Below, piece after piece: positions 45,087 to 61,101 of a stretch of 64,000 nt of DNA (within the stretch, counting starts at the first letter, position 1; the number at the start of each line of letters is the position of its first letter). This DNA is from the human T2T-CHM13v2.0 reference genome, Homo sapiens: assembly GCF_009914755.1 (NCBI RefSeq), contig NC_060936.1. One strand, written 5' to 3'. The notes beneath the pieces are model-generated. The model searched no databases. It was given only the letters and a program-made list of their open reading frames with translations, and was not told where the DNA came from. The translations under genes and the position numbers were made by a program.

Positions 45087-45689
45087 TGATTTGATTTTTT
45101 AAAAATATATGTATATATTTTCTGGACATACTATATCCTGAAAACATAATTTTTTAAAATGGAAAAAGTATTTTTATTTGAAATCTAAGAACAAAATGAA
45201 AGTTGGAGAAAATTGTTAATTTCCTTTTCTCTAAGCCATGCAGATGTTTTTTAAATGTGTGTGTTTTCTGTTTAAGAATGACAAACACACAGCCTTTAGT
45301 GTCAAAGAATGACACAAACTCCAAGTCTTTGAGCTTGCCTTTGATTTTCATTATTAAGAAAATGAGGGCTGGATAGAATATTCAGGCTTTGTTTTTTCTT
45401 GATTGAGACTATTTTACATAGAGTGAAATGCAGATACTCTTAATTTTGCCAAACACTTGTAACTCATATCCCAATTAAGATAGAGAATATTTTCACCATT
45501 TCTGAAAAGTTCTCTCATGCTATATAGATGTTAATGTGTGAGTAATTTTTTAATGTATAAAATACATTACTCTTTCCATTTTGAAATATTTCTTTTATCT
45601 TTAAAATTAGTTTGTTACCACTTGAAAAATAATTTACATTTTATTGAGCACTTGTGTATTACACACTGTCCTAAGTCACACACTGACTT

Positions 45690-46590
45690 GTTTTTATAAC
45701 AGCTTTCTTGAGATATAATTCATATATCATACAATTCACTCATTTAAATTGTATAATTCAGTTGTTTTTAGCATATTCACTGAGTTGTACAACCATCACA
45801 ACAGTCAATGTTAGAACGTTCTCAGCCCCCAAAAAAGAAACCATGTACCATGTGATAATCAACCCCCAGTTCATGCCATGGCATACCTGCCCTAGGCAAC
45901 CACCAATCTACTTTTTATCTCTATGTGTTTGTCTCCTCTGTACACTTCATATAAATGAAATCATACGATATGTGCTCCTTTGTTGCTGGCTTCTTTAACT
46001 TATGTTTTCAAGGCTCATCTATGTTGTCACATGTTTTTAGTACTTTCTTTTTTTGCTGTTGCTGAATAATATTCCATTGTAAGGAATGGATAACCACATT
46101 TTATTTATCCATTCATCAGTTGATAGACATTGGATTTTTCTACTATTTGGCTGCTATGAGCATTTGGGCACATGATTTTGTGTAGACATATATAAGTATA
46201 TTGTATATAAAATGTGTGTACATTGTGTGTATATTTTATACATATGTATATATGGGAGTGGAAATCCTGGGTTATGTGGTAACTATGTTTAACTTTTTGA
46301 GGAACTGCCAGAATGTTTTCCAATATGGCTATACCATTTTACATTACTACCAGCACTGCATGAGGGTTCCAGTTTCTCTACATCCTTGCCAGCCTTTATT
46401 GTCTTGATTATATTCTTCCTAGTGAATGTGAAAGCTCATTGTGGCTTTGATTTGCATTTCTGATGGCTAATAATGTTGAGCATCTTTTCATGTGCTTATG
46501 GCCATGTGTCTGTTTTCTTTGGAGAAATGTCTGTTCACATCCTTTGCCCATTTTTAAATTGGGTTATCTTTTTAGTATTGCATTATAGGA
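45690..46590 (-). mobile_element. L1MB-like 3' fragment
   Basis: gagatataattcatat...tttttgaggaactgccaga...gagaaatgtctgttcacatcctttgccc. Confidence 0.8.
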
Positions 46591-47024
46591 CAAGTATTGA
46601 CTTTTAATTCCCACCACAATCCTATAAAGTAGATACAATGTCATCTCCATTTGTAAATGAGAAAACTAAGGCATAGAAAAGTTAAGTAACTTAGTCAAGT
46701 AAGTGACACATTTAGTTAAATAATGAATATCAGGCAGCTTGACTCCAGAGCCTGTGCCCTTATCCAATACCCTGAACTGCCTCACAAATACTTTATATAT
46801 TTGTAAACTGAAATTACTTTCCTTTGACTTCTTTTCTTGCAGGCTGGATAGACTTAGTCTTACTTTAAAAATCATCCCCCCCCAAATTTGTAATTGTCTC
46901 TTTTTGTTCCTCAACACTTCTGTGAGAATCATTGTATGTAAGTTATAGGAACTCTACTAGGAAACTGTCATTCTCAACCTGTACTATCTCTGAGGGTAAT
47001 AAGTTTCATATATCTGTCACTTGG

Positions 47025-47123
47025 CATTAAGTAATACATGTTGATTTTTTAAACAGATGCTGTTGGGCTTTCTCGCCATTAAGTAATACTTGTTGATTTT
47101 TTTAAGACTTGCTGTTGGGCTTT
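47025..47123. repeat. Two-copy ~52-bp tandem duplication
   Basis: cattaagtaatac(a/t)tgttgattttt...tgctgttgggcttt occurs twice. Confidence 0.85.
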
Positions 47124-48030
47124 AAGGGCCTCTTCTAGATAGGATTATAAAATCTGTTTTTTTTCTCAACTCTCAGATTTTATAAAAGGGTGAAATCATC
47201 TCTTAGTTTTTATCTTCCCCTACAGAAGCTTTCTAATCTTTACAATCTTATTATATGACAGACTCCATCTCCGCAGTTGCTCTCTTCGGAACCTCTGTTT
47301 AAGTTCTATTATTGGGCAGTTATTTTATTGTTTTTACTATACAAGGTTCTTAGTATTTTGGGAAAAACCACAAACTCAGATAAAACCTCTGTAAACAAAA
47401 ATTACAACCTAATGAGAAAGGGTATATAATAACTTACTTGCATAAATAGTTAGTTAGTATGTAACCAGAAGGGAGATCTGAGATTTCACTTGATAAATAG
47501 ATCACATATAGTCAATGATCAGGAAGAGGTGGAAATTGAACGGGCTTTAGGAGTGAACTCCACATACTATTTTAAGTGTTTCTGAGCATGGATTTATACA
47601 AGAAAAGATGTATTTTCTGTCTTGTTTCATTCTTAATTTATTTTGACCCTTTAGCTACAATATCTTATTAAATTTGTGGCTGCATAGAAAATTCAAAAAT
47701 GATGAAAGGTTTTTCCCCATGATCATAACTAATGGAGTTTAATAATGTTACTATTACCTTATTACCTTGCATTTTCTTATACTGCACTCATAATCAGCCA
47801 CCTTATGCTCCATAGGACAAGTAGAGTCGTGATTGTGTCATGTTGGGCCATTTCTTTCCTTACGTGTTGTCTAATGAGATTGTTTTGGATGAAGTAGTTG
47901 ATATGGTGCTAATGTTGAGTACAGGATCTAACACAAGTTTAAGTCGAATAAAGCTAGCCTCAATTTGTGTTTTTAAAATTTCAGTTATTTTTCAAATTAA
48001 AAGAAATGTTCTTTTCCTTTGTTTCTGTAG

Positions 48031-48084
48031 CTTTTGCCTTATGAACAGTCCTCTCTTTTGGAACTCATAAAGACTGAAAACAAG
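48031..48084 (+). CDS. WASHC4: WASHC4 coding exon 3 (54 nt, LLPYEQSSLLELIKTENK)
   Basis: tgtag|CTT...AAG|gtacag. Confidence 0.95.
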
Positions 48085-48176
48085 GTACAGAATCCTAAAT
48101 CTAAAAAATTGTTTTAAAAATGTTTTAGTTATCTGTAACAATTTACTTTTTATTTTGTTTTTACTCATGAAACTAG

Positions 48177-48242
48177 GTCTTAAACAAAGTCATCACTGTT
48201 TATGCTGCACTTTGTTGTGAAATCAAGAAATTAAAATATGAG
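48177..48242 (+). CDS. WASHC4: WASHC4 coding exon 4 (66 nt, VLNKVITVYAALCCEIKKLKYE)
   Basis: actag|GTC...GAG|gtaatt; preceded by a 92-nt intron. Confidence 0.94.
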
Positions 48243-48998
48243 GTAATTATTTGAATTCTTGTCTTAAAACTTTAAAAACATCATTTAGAAGCAAGTATGT
48301 GTTTATATATGTACAGTGTGCAATAAATATTTATTGAATGTTGAATGAATTATTTATTTAACGTAATACTAATACGGACTACCATTCATTGAGTACTTAG
48401 TATGTACAAAACACCAGGCTAACACTGTAATCCTTATAGTAACCCCAGGAGGTAGGTGAGACATTGATGAGGAAACTGAAGCTTAAAGAGAGTGTCACTT
48501 GCATAACATCTTACTGGTAGTCAACAGTTTGAATCTAGGTTTACAAACCTCCAGAGTTTGTGTTACCTGCCATATATACTGGCTATCTAGAGAAAACTGA
48601 TTTTTTTTTCTTAAAATGCATTTAGTTTTGTGTTTCCTTACCCAAGAACCATTAAAAGTCTGGTAGAAGTTGACAAACTTCGTATTTTCTTCTCCTGCTT
48701 TTTGATACCATGTGGTTGCTCTTTATTTCCCATAAACTAATGGGAGGATGTGGGACAGTGAGGGTGGTCAGATAAGATGAAGTAAAGGCTAAAGGAATCA
48801 AGATACAGCTTTGAGTATCAGTAATATTTTTGTTACTCTAAAGATGAATTGCTTTATAAACAGATTTTGAATTTAAATGAATTTGTATGCAAATGATGTA
48901 GCCCTCTGTTTATTACTAAGTATACAGATCTAAGAGAGCATAGGAATTTGGAAACAAAACAACCTTTAAAATTATTTTAATTTTTTTCTTAAAAACAG

Positions 48999-49044
48999 GC
49001 TGAAACTAAATTTTACAATGGTCTCTTGTTTTATGGAGAAGGAG
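48999..49044 (+). CDS. WASHC4: WASHC4 coding exon 5 (46 nt, AETKFYNGLLFYGEG)
   Basis: aacag|GCT...GGA G|gtaagt. Confidence 0.95.
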
Positions 49045-49423
49045 GTAAGTTTAAAATTCCAAATTGTGATGCCTTTTTGATATTGAAATGAACAAAAAGT
49101 TAACAGACAATTTTAGGACTACTATGATTATATAATAGTGTGAGAAAAATAAGTATTCATATTTTTTGTTGGTATGTTTGGTAAACAGGTAAAAAATCTG
49201 AGGAAGCAGCAGCAAATTTGTGATATCTTTGTACTTTACGAAGTACTGTAGGTAGATGAGAATTTTCCTTGAATTCATTAAATAGTGAAGCAAATACTTC
49301 TAATTATTTGATTAATGATTGTCTGATTTTTCTCTTTGGTGTAAAAATTCTGTTTTCAATACTATGCAGAGTAAAAGATGTCCTAATGAAAAAAAAAAAC
49401 TTTTCCCCCTTTTTTGGTATTGA

Positions 49424-49591
<168 letters not shown>

Positions 49592-50289
49592 TAAATTACA
49601 CAACACGTAAAAAGTTCTGAAACCTTCAAATACTAAAGATGTGTACTCTGAGGATAAGACACTTAATTAGCATTGGATTATAGTTTAGGAGATCATAACT
49701 CCTAAAAGATTTCCAAGTATTTTTAGAGGAAAAAGCTATCAAAATAAGTTTCTTTGTGTATATTTCTTTATGGACAACTTGTCACCATGCCTTTTAAAAT
49801 AATTTAAACTTTGTACCCACTGGAAAAGATAAATTGTATCAGGAAAAGTTGTTAACGGATAGGAGAGAATTAAGCTATTACATGAGCAATGATGAAGTTG
49901 TTTAAAGCGGTAGCCCTCCATGCTTCTAACAGCTTGTTTCAGTTTAGATAGCTTCTCATCACTGCCAGTTTTAATGATTGTAGGTCCTTTGGTTTACTCT
50001 TATCAAAAGAATAAAATGGCTTCTATTTCCTCCTCTGTGATAAAAATAGTGCATGTACGATGTGAAAAAGCAAAAATTGAAGCTAAGGAAAAAATACCCA
50101 TAGTCCCACCTCCTTTCTGTTGTTGAGTACAAGATTTGATATATTTCATCAAATTAGGCATGCTAACATACTGTTCAAATCTTTTATATCTTTACTACTT
50201 TTTTTGGTCTAATTGATCTAATTGAGAGCATTTTGTTCATATTGTGATATGTGTTATTCAGGGTCCTGTCTAGAAAACTCCATACAAGG

Positions 50290-50565
50290 TATTTCAAAAG
50301 ATGTAGTTTGGAGGATACAAAGTAGCAGATATGTAAGATGAGTAAGTCTAGAGATCTGATGTACAACATGAGGATTACAGGTAATAAAATACCGTATATG
50401 GCATTCATGCTGAGTAGATTTTAGCTGCTTTTGCTACAAAAAAATGGGTTAGCTATGTGAGATGATGGATTTGCACTTGACTATAGTAACCTTTTTATTA
50501 TCGGTATGTATCCCATAACATGTTGTATACCTTAAATATACACAATAAAATGTATTTAAATAAGA
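50290..50565 (+). mobile_element. Old L1M 3' end with polyadenylation signal
   Basis: aagtctagagatctgatgtacaacatgagg...tataccttaaatatacacaataaaa. Confidence 0.65.
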
Positions 50566-52236
50566 AGAGAGGGGATTCAATATAGAGAATTGGTTACCCA
50601 GGAGTTGGAGGACAAAGAAAATACTGAGGTGTAGTCCAAAGGAAACAGATACCTCCTTTACATCCAGAGAACAAAAAGGATAAAGATTGGGATTGCCAGG
50701 ATCTGGGAGCTTGGAGAAGAAGCCCCATGAAACTGATGCCTATGCTGAGGTGGCACTGCCTATCTGCTGCTGGCTTCTTTTCCAGCAAGGTGTCTAAAAA
50801 ATGTAGTTGGTAAGGTCCCAGTAAATGTGGAAACTTTGCATTTTTCATTTTGAGGGTATTTTATTCAGTGTGTACAAGTTTAGAATTGTTAATCATTCCT
50901 GGTAAATTGAATCTTTTATCATCATTTGTGACCTTCCTTAGCTATGATCATGATTATGTGTATATGATTATGTATATGTATTTTACATGCATAGCAATTT
51001 ACTGTACTGATGCTAATCAAGTCTGTTTTGTCTGACAGTATAATAATAATGCTGCCCTGGCTCCGTTTTAGTTAACATTTTCTTGATTTATCTTTTTCCA
51101 TTCTGGCAGCCTTTCAGTGTCATGTTTTAGTTGGGTTTATTTAAAACCACATATATCTAAATTTTGCTTTTTTAATGTAGTCTGACAATACCTGTTTTTT
51201 AATCGCTTAATTTATTCTGTTTCTAGGTCTATCTTATATAGTCTGTATGTATATCTGGGCTTGTTTCTGCCTTTTTACTTTGTTCTTTCTGTTTGTCCTA
51301 CATTTTCTCTGCTTTTTTTAAACTTCTAGAAGTTTAATAGGACATGTAAAACTATAACTATTTAAAAATAAAATGCGTTATTTATTTTCATTTTAAAAAA
51401 TACTTTACATCATATTTAGATCTCACAGCTGCATAAAAATTCCGTTTTTAAACATTCAACAAATATGTTTTGTAAGCCTAGTATATGCTAGAAACTGTTA
51501 TTGGTGCTGGTGATATAGCAATGCACAACACCAACAGAAATTCCTGTTCTCATAGAGCTTAAAATTTAGATCAGCATAGTTTTAATTAGGTTTTAAATAC
51601 TTCAGATACACACTGTTTCTATAGGTTTAAAAGTTGAGAGCTTCTGAAAATGGATTTTCAGAAAGTCTAGGATATGTTAGATATGAGCTAATTATTTAAT
51701 GACAAACATATCCCTAGGATAAGTGATACGACATTTCACTTGCTGTGTGCCAAGCCTGCTTATACATACGATTACAGGTGATCAGTGTTTGAAGTTATTT
51801 TACAGTGACTTCTGGAAACCCCTTCCTGCCATAGTTGTACTTTCTATACTGGCAGCTTTTGAGCTCCTTCACTCACTCAGATGTTTATTCATGTAATAGG
51901 GTAGAAATTTATTGAGAAGCAGTTGAGTGTTAGTCACTATGCTAGGCAGTGGATATTCAAAGAAGGAATGAGACAGCACCTATCATTTAGGAGTTATATA
52001 AGTAACTACAATATTAGACTTGAAATAGGAGTATGAATGAAATGCAGTGGGAACAAAGAGATAGGAACGACCCTGGAGTACAGGAGGTGAGTTAAGTATT
52101 GATTGCTTGAGGGATGCTTGAACTTGTCTGGCTTTTGGTTAACTGGAGGCTTTATTGGAAAACTGTTTTGTTTTTGTTAGAGTTGTTACCATAAAATTCA
52201 GTAAAAAATGGTGAGATTTAAAGAGTAACTTTATAA

Positions 52237-52344
<108 letters not shown>

Positions 52345-53763
52345 TAATGGATTTTAGAAATATTTTTGCTTTTATAATAGAGATGCAGAAAATGTTCTTT
52401 CTAAAATTAATAACTTGTAATAGTTTTTCTTTCATTCAGCATTCTTTGAACACTTATGATATTTCAAACACTACTTGATGTGTATCATACGTAGGTTAGT
52501 AAGATGCAGTTTCCACCATGGTGAGCGAACCCATTATCTGTCTGAATGACAGTGTCTACAGAACAATCTTCAAGAAATTTGACCATATAGAAGAAGGCTA
52601 ACATGGAATTAGTACATGTTCTGTGTTCTCTCTCTTTATTCCTTTCCTCTACACGAATGGTTGCCTGACTCTAATGGAGTCACTTGAGACTTTTCTTAGA
52701 CTACAGAATCTTGAGGGATGGAGCTAGGGAATCTACATTGAAGAAATTTTGTGAGTAGTTCTAATGGTCGTAAATATACCCAGTAAAATATACCTTAAAT
52801 ATACACAGTAAAATTTATTTAAATTAAAAAAGGGAATTTAATATGGAGAATTGGTTACATGGGAGTTGGAGGGCTGAAAGGACAAAGAGAACAGTGAGTT
52901 CATCCGGAGGAAACAGATACCACCTCTCCATCCAGAAAACAGAAAGGAAAAGATTGAGGTTACCAGAATCTGGGAGCTTGGAGAAGAAGCCTCATGGAAT
53001 TGGTGCTCGTGCCACTGAGGAGGTGATACTGCCTGGCTGCTGCTGGACCATTACCCTAAATCAAGAAAAACGATCACATTTTCATAGAGCTCTTGCAGTT
53101 TTACCACAAAATAATATCTCATTTGATTAGTTCTTTATACTTAAAATTTTTTTTCCACACTTACAATCTAATTAATACATTAACTTTGTTTAGCTCTATG
53201 TCTAGGGATTATTAATGATGAGAAGAGATAACTGATACCTGGAAGAGATAACAAGAGCAATTTTGGCACTGTTCTTTTGGTCACCAGCACATTCATTGTT
53301 CTTACTATACCATGCTGCATATAAACTCTTTATACTGGAGTGTTAACTGTTTCTTATTCTCCCATTTTCCCCCTCAGTTAGGTATTTATTTTATGTTCTG
53401 TCTTTTCACTAAAGCTCTCATGGCAGGAGAGAATGAGAGTATAGCTTCCATACCCGCTGCAGTACCTGATGGGTAGTTCTAAGAAGACTCCCCCTCATCC
53501 TGCCCCTGCCCTAGAAGGATGAAATTTATTTGAATTTTGTGTTTAAATTTAAAATATGCATTCTATCTTGTGGAATATCTATATGTGCTTTAATATTATA
53601 AGCACTATTTAAAACTTGTTGAGCAAAATGAGTAGGAGGTAGAAGTGAATTTTTCTTTGACTTTTGACTTTGGTATAATTCTAGTAGTATGCACTGTTTT
53701 TCAGTAGGGATGAGAACTCAAACCCAACTGAAGAGAGGACTGATTCCTAAAGACCAGTTTGGA

Positions 53764-53922
53764 GGCTGGGCGCGGTGGCTCATGCCTGTAATCCCAGCTC
53801 TCAGGGAGGCAAGAGGCGGGAGGATAGCTTGAGCCCAGGAGTTCGAGACCTGCCTGGGCAATATAGCGAGACCCCCTTCTCCACAAAAAGGAAAAACAAA
53901 ACAAAACAAAAAAACAAAAGAC
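53764..53922 (+). pseudogene. BC200 (BCYRN1) RNA retropseudogene lacking the 3' unique domain
   Basis: BC200-specific words CCCAGCTCTCAGGGAGGC, GGATAGCTTGAGCCC, GACCTGCCTGGGCAATATAGCGAGACCCC and AAAAAGGAAAAA...CAAAAGAC; perfect 15-bp TSD AAAGACCAGTTTGGA (53749-53763 and 53923-53937). Confidence 0.92.
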
Positions 53923-54121
53923 AAAGACCAGTTTGGATAGGATAACAAAAATTCTAGTTGGTAATTGAGAAATTCTAATAGTTTAGAAAGATATGAATAC
54001 CACTTTTAATATTTCTCTACCTTTATTCCAAGATAAATCATTTGGGTTTCAATGGGTAAGGTTATTCATAGGTCACCTATCATCATAGCCCTACCCATGA
54101 GTGGGATATAGGCAAGAATAC

Positions 54122-54185
54122 TATTAGGTTGGTGCAAGAATTATTGCTGTTTTTGTATCACAGTTACTTTTGCACCATCCTAATA
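54122..54185. mobile_element. MADE1 (Hsmar1 MITE), internally shortened
   Basis: tattaggttggtgcaag...ttttgcaccatcctaata inverted repeats. Confidence 0.85.
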
Positions 54186-54369
54186 GTATGCACAAAGTAG
54201 TTCTCTTCTTGGGAAAGTGGACTTGACGCTCTTAAATTTTAAATAACTAGAGCCTTAATAAAGATAAATATTAAAATTCCAAGATCATCTGCTCCTGTAT
54301 GTATTTGAAATAAGAATAAACTATGACAAAAAGGAAGTTTTTTTTAACTTGGTTGTTATTTTATTATAG

Positions 54370-54412
54370 GATTGCACCCAAAATTATAGAGACAACTGGA
54401 GTTCATTTTCAG
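54370..54412 (+). CDS. WASHC4: WASHC4 coding exon 8 (43 nt, IAPKIIETTGVHFQ)
   Basis: tatag|G ATT...CAG|gtaaaa. Confidence 0.95.
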
Positions 54413-54912
54413 GTAAAAGACATTTAGCTTGACCTGTAAAACTGTAATTATTACTATATTTTACTTTGGAGTTTGTATGGTTGGAGAGTATGACAGTCAT
54501 AGGAACACTCTTAAAGGGGCGTGTGTGTGTGTGTGTGTTTGTGTGTGTTTGCATTTGTTCTCTTTCATCTGTGAAGTTGATGAGTCATTATTGACCATTA
54601 TCAGTGTAACTTAGTTTTTCCCAGTAGTGCCGTAATGCAGATTCTCTAAATGATGTCTTTGGACAGTGAAATAAATCTGCAGTATTGCAACTAAGGATGA
54701 AATTTTGTTCATCTTAAAAAGAGAAAAGTATTCTCTATTTAAGACTAAAAGACAAATAGTCCTTTCTGAGGATCCAACCTGTAGCTGAATAAATTGATTT
54801 ACCCACTACTTTTACTAATTCATTAATCAGCCCAAATGATTTTACTTTAAACGTCTACATGAGGCTTAACTTCTAACTAGTGACTAAATGATAATCATTA
54901 AAGGTTTTTTGA

Positions 54913-55029
<117 letters not shown>

Positions 55030-55254
55030 TAAAATATTTTAAAATGTTTCTTACTTTGGTTAATGTATTTGTGTTAGTAAAAAGTAAACAGATATAAATA
55101 ATACAGATTTTCTAAAAGACCTGGGGATTGATATTTAGAAGGAGCTCATATCAAATATTTTTATGACTACAGTAACCATTCTTTAATTTCACATGAGTTT
55201 GTTGGGACGAGTATAATACATCTGTATAAAGCATCCTAATTCTTATAGTAGTAG

Positions 55255-55620
<366 letters not shown>

Positions 55621-55932
55621 CGACAGTTTTTCTTTCCTGAGCTTGGTTTTATTTTATTGTATACCCTGAATTTTTTTTAGACCATGGTTTATTTTATTCA
55701 TGTTCTGAGTACTTATTAAATGTCTGGTATGTACAGATTATGAGGCATTTTGATTGAAGATGATATTAAAAAGCGTAAGAAAATCTATTAGGATTGTTGT
55801 GTTCAAATTTTCAAATGTGTAGAGCCAAACAAGAAATATAAATATAAAATTTTGACTTCCAGGAAAATTTTTAATTTTTAATTTAAGAATTTATTAGGTA
55901 GATTTAAGATGTTTCTCTTAATTTTCCTCAAG

Positions 55933-56053
55933 GTTACTGAAATCTGTCCATCACAATCCTTCAAAATTTGGAATTCAGGAAGAAAAATTAAAGCCATTTG
56001 AAAAGTTCTTGCTGAAGCTAGAAGGGCAATTACTGGATGGAATGATATTCCAG
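55933..56053 (+). CDS. WASHC4: WASHC4 coding exon 10 (121 nt, [40 protein letters not shown])
   Basis: ctcaag|G TTA...CAG|gtaagt. Confidence 0.95.
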
Positions 56054-56328
56054 GTAAGTAGGTCTGTATCAGACTGTAACAGTGGGGCTCATATTAGACG
56101 ACAAAGCTCAGAATTATAGTAGGACACTTTTATAATATACTGTTGAATATAATTTTCTTTAAAAAGTGCTTTGGCTTAAAATTATTGTTACAGTACTAAA
56201 ATATTTCTGTATCTAGTAGCCAACAAAATGAATAGTATATTAGTTGTATTTGGAGCAAGAGTTTTAGAAAAATTATGTAAATGGATAAAAATATTTGAGG
56301 ATTAACATCTAATCTTAGTAGTTAGGTA

Positions 56329-58593
<2,265 letters not shown>

Positions 58594-58667
58594 AGGTTAA
58601 GGTTTTTAAGACAACCCTTAACAAGTCTGTTTAATTCTTCCTAGGCCCAGGGAATGTAATTTGGGTT

Positions 58668-58871
58668 TGCACAGTCTAGTATGGTAGCTTCTAACTACAT
58701 GTGGCTATTTAAATGTAAATAAATTAAAATGAAATACAAAATTCACTTTTTTACTCACGCTAGCCACATTTCAAGTCCTTAATAGCCACATATAGTTAAT
58801 GACTAGTTATATCAGACAGCACAGATACAGAATATTTCCATCATCACAGAAAGTTCTGTTGGAGAGCGCTG
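58668..58871. mobile_element. MER3-like hAT-Charlie MITE
   Basis: acatgtggctatttaaat...tagccacatttcaagt...atttccatcatcacagaaagttctgttggagagcgctg. Confidence 0.72.
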
Positions 58872-58991
58872 CTTTAAGCAGGTTCCACTCGAAATTGCAT
58901 TATATTCCATTTATAATATACTTCAAGGTTACTTTTAGTTTATGTTTTACATGATCACAGTTTTTAACCGATTGATCTCAACTCTTGTTTA

Positions 58992-59350
58992 CAGTTGACC
59001 CTTTGAATAACATGCTTTTGAAGTGTGCACGGGTCCACTTATATACAGATTGTTTTTCAATAAATGTATTAGAAAATTTTTTGAACATTAGCAACACTTT
59101 TGAAAAAAACTTGCAGACAAATGGCATAGCCTAGAAATATTAAAAAAACTTGAGGAAAAGTTAGGTATGTCATGAATGCATAAAATATATGTAGATACTA
59201 ATCTATGTGTTAATTGACTTATGTTATCCATAAGGCTTTTGGTCAACAGTGTGCTATTACTAGTTAAGTTTTTGGGTAGACAAAAGTTATATGAAGATTT
59301 TTGACTGCACGAGGGTCAGTGTCCCTAACTTTATGTTTAAGCGTCAACTA
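58992..59350 (+). mobile_element. Tigger2a/MER28-like MITE
   Basis: ta|cagttgaccctttgaa...gggtccacttat...gtcaact termini. Confidence 0.75.
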
Positions 59351-59814
59351 TATATCAATTTAAATGTTAGTTCATTAGGTTAAGAAGATAATTTTTTTGT
59401 TATTGATTCTTTTTCCAGGAGACATTTCTATACATGCTATAATAAAGTGCTAGGAAAGTAATTGTAAGCAGAAAACATAAATTCTACTCTTAAAAGTGCA
59501 AAGTAAAATAAAAAATATGCTTTATCTTTTATACATCTCTGAACATCGTGTGTATCTCTTTATACAGGATTATAGATTTGGGTTCAATTTTATTACTTTC
59601 ACATAACTAGTACCCAAATATATAAATACATATATATTTTTCATTCACAAAGATCTAAGTATTAGATTAGATTAAGAACCTGAGCTTTAGTTTTAGTAAA
59701 ATTTAAATGATGAATATAGAAATTTATCATACACTGTATTTAGTGTATGATATTTAAATGTTTAATCGTTTATTATTGAGAGTCTGAATTTCTCTTTCAA
59801 TGTTTCCTGTCTAG

Positions 59815-59988
<174 letters not shown>

Positions 59989-60044
59989 TAAAAGCATAAT
60001 TGAAGTATATTTGTTCTGCTTTCTCTTATGTTATTGATTTGTAA

Positions 60045-60182
<138 letters not shown>

Positions 60183-60843
60183 TGAAACTTATTTTTCAAT
60201 TTGAGCAGATTAAAAAGATTGCAGATAAAACTAAATATTTTAAAATGCATTTTATTCCTGTTTACAAAAATAATTTAAAAGTATTCACTTGTAAAATTCA
60301 AGTATTCCAGAAATAAGTAACTTAGTGAATGAAAATACGTCATATTTCTACATCATATTACTACATATTGGTAGATGGTGTTCAGATTTGTTCCTGTACA
60401 ACTTCTCTTAGTGCTACTAATACTACTTTTTTCTTTTCCTTTTCTTTGCCACTGATTTTCATTACTGAAGATGAAGAAATTTAAAATATATTTCTTTCTA
60501 TGTCTTTGCTATTTTCATAATGTGGTATCTGATTTCAAAATTGAAAGATTAGTTTGTGTGTAACATCAAGTGATAGTAACTATGATAACCCAGCCAATTT
60601 TTTAAAAAACTTATATACTTATATAGAATGAAACTAAAAGACATGAAGATTCAAGTTTCTATTGTTGCATTTTTTTATCTGACAGTCCATGAAAGGGTGT
60701 TTTGTGTGTGTGTTATTTAATATTCAGGTGAATAAAATTGTCATGCTCAACACCAGATGTAGAAATGCCTTAACTCTGCCACAGTGAAAGATATTTGTCT
60801 CATAATATATTAATAAGTATTTTTTGTGGTTATTTTTTCTTGA

Positions 60844-61101
<258 letters not shown>

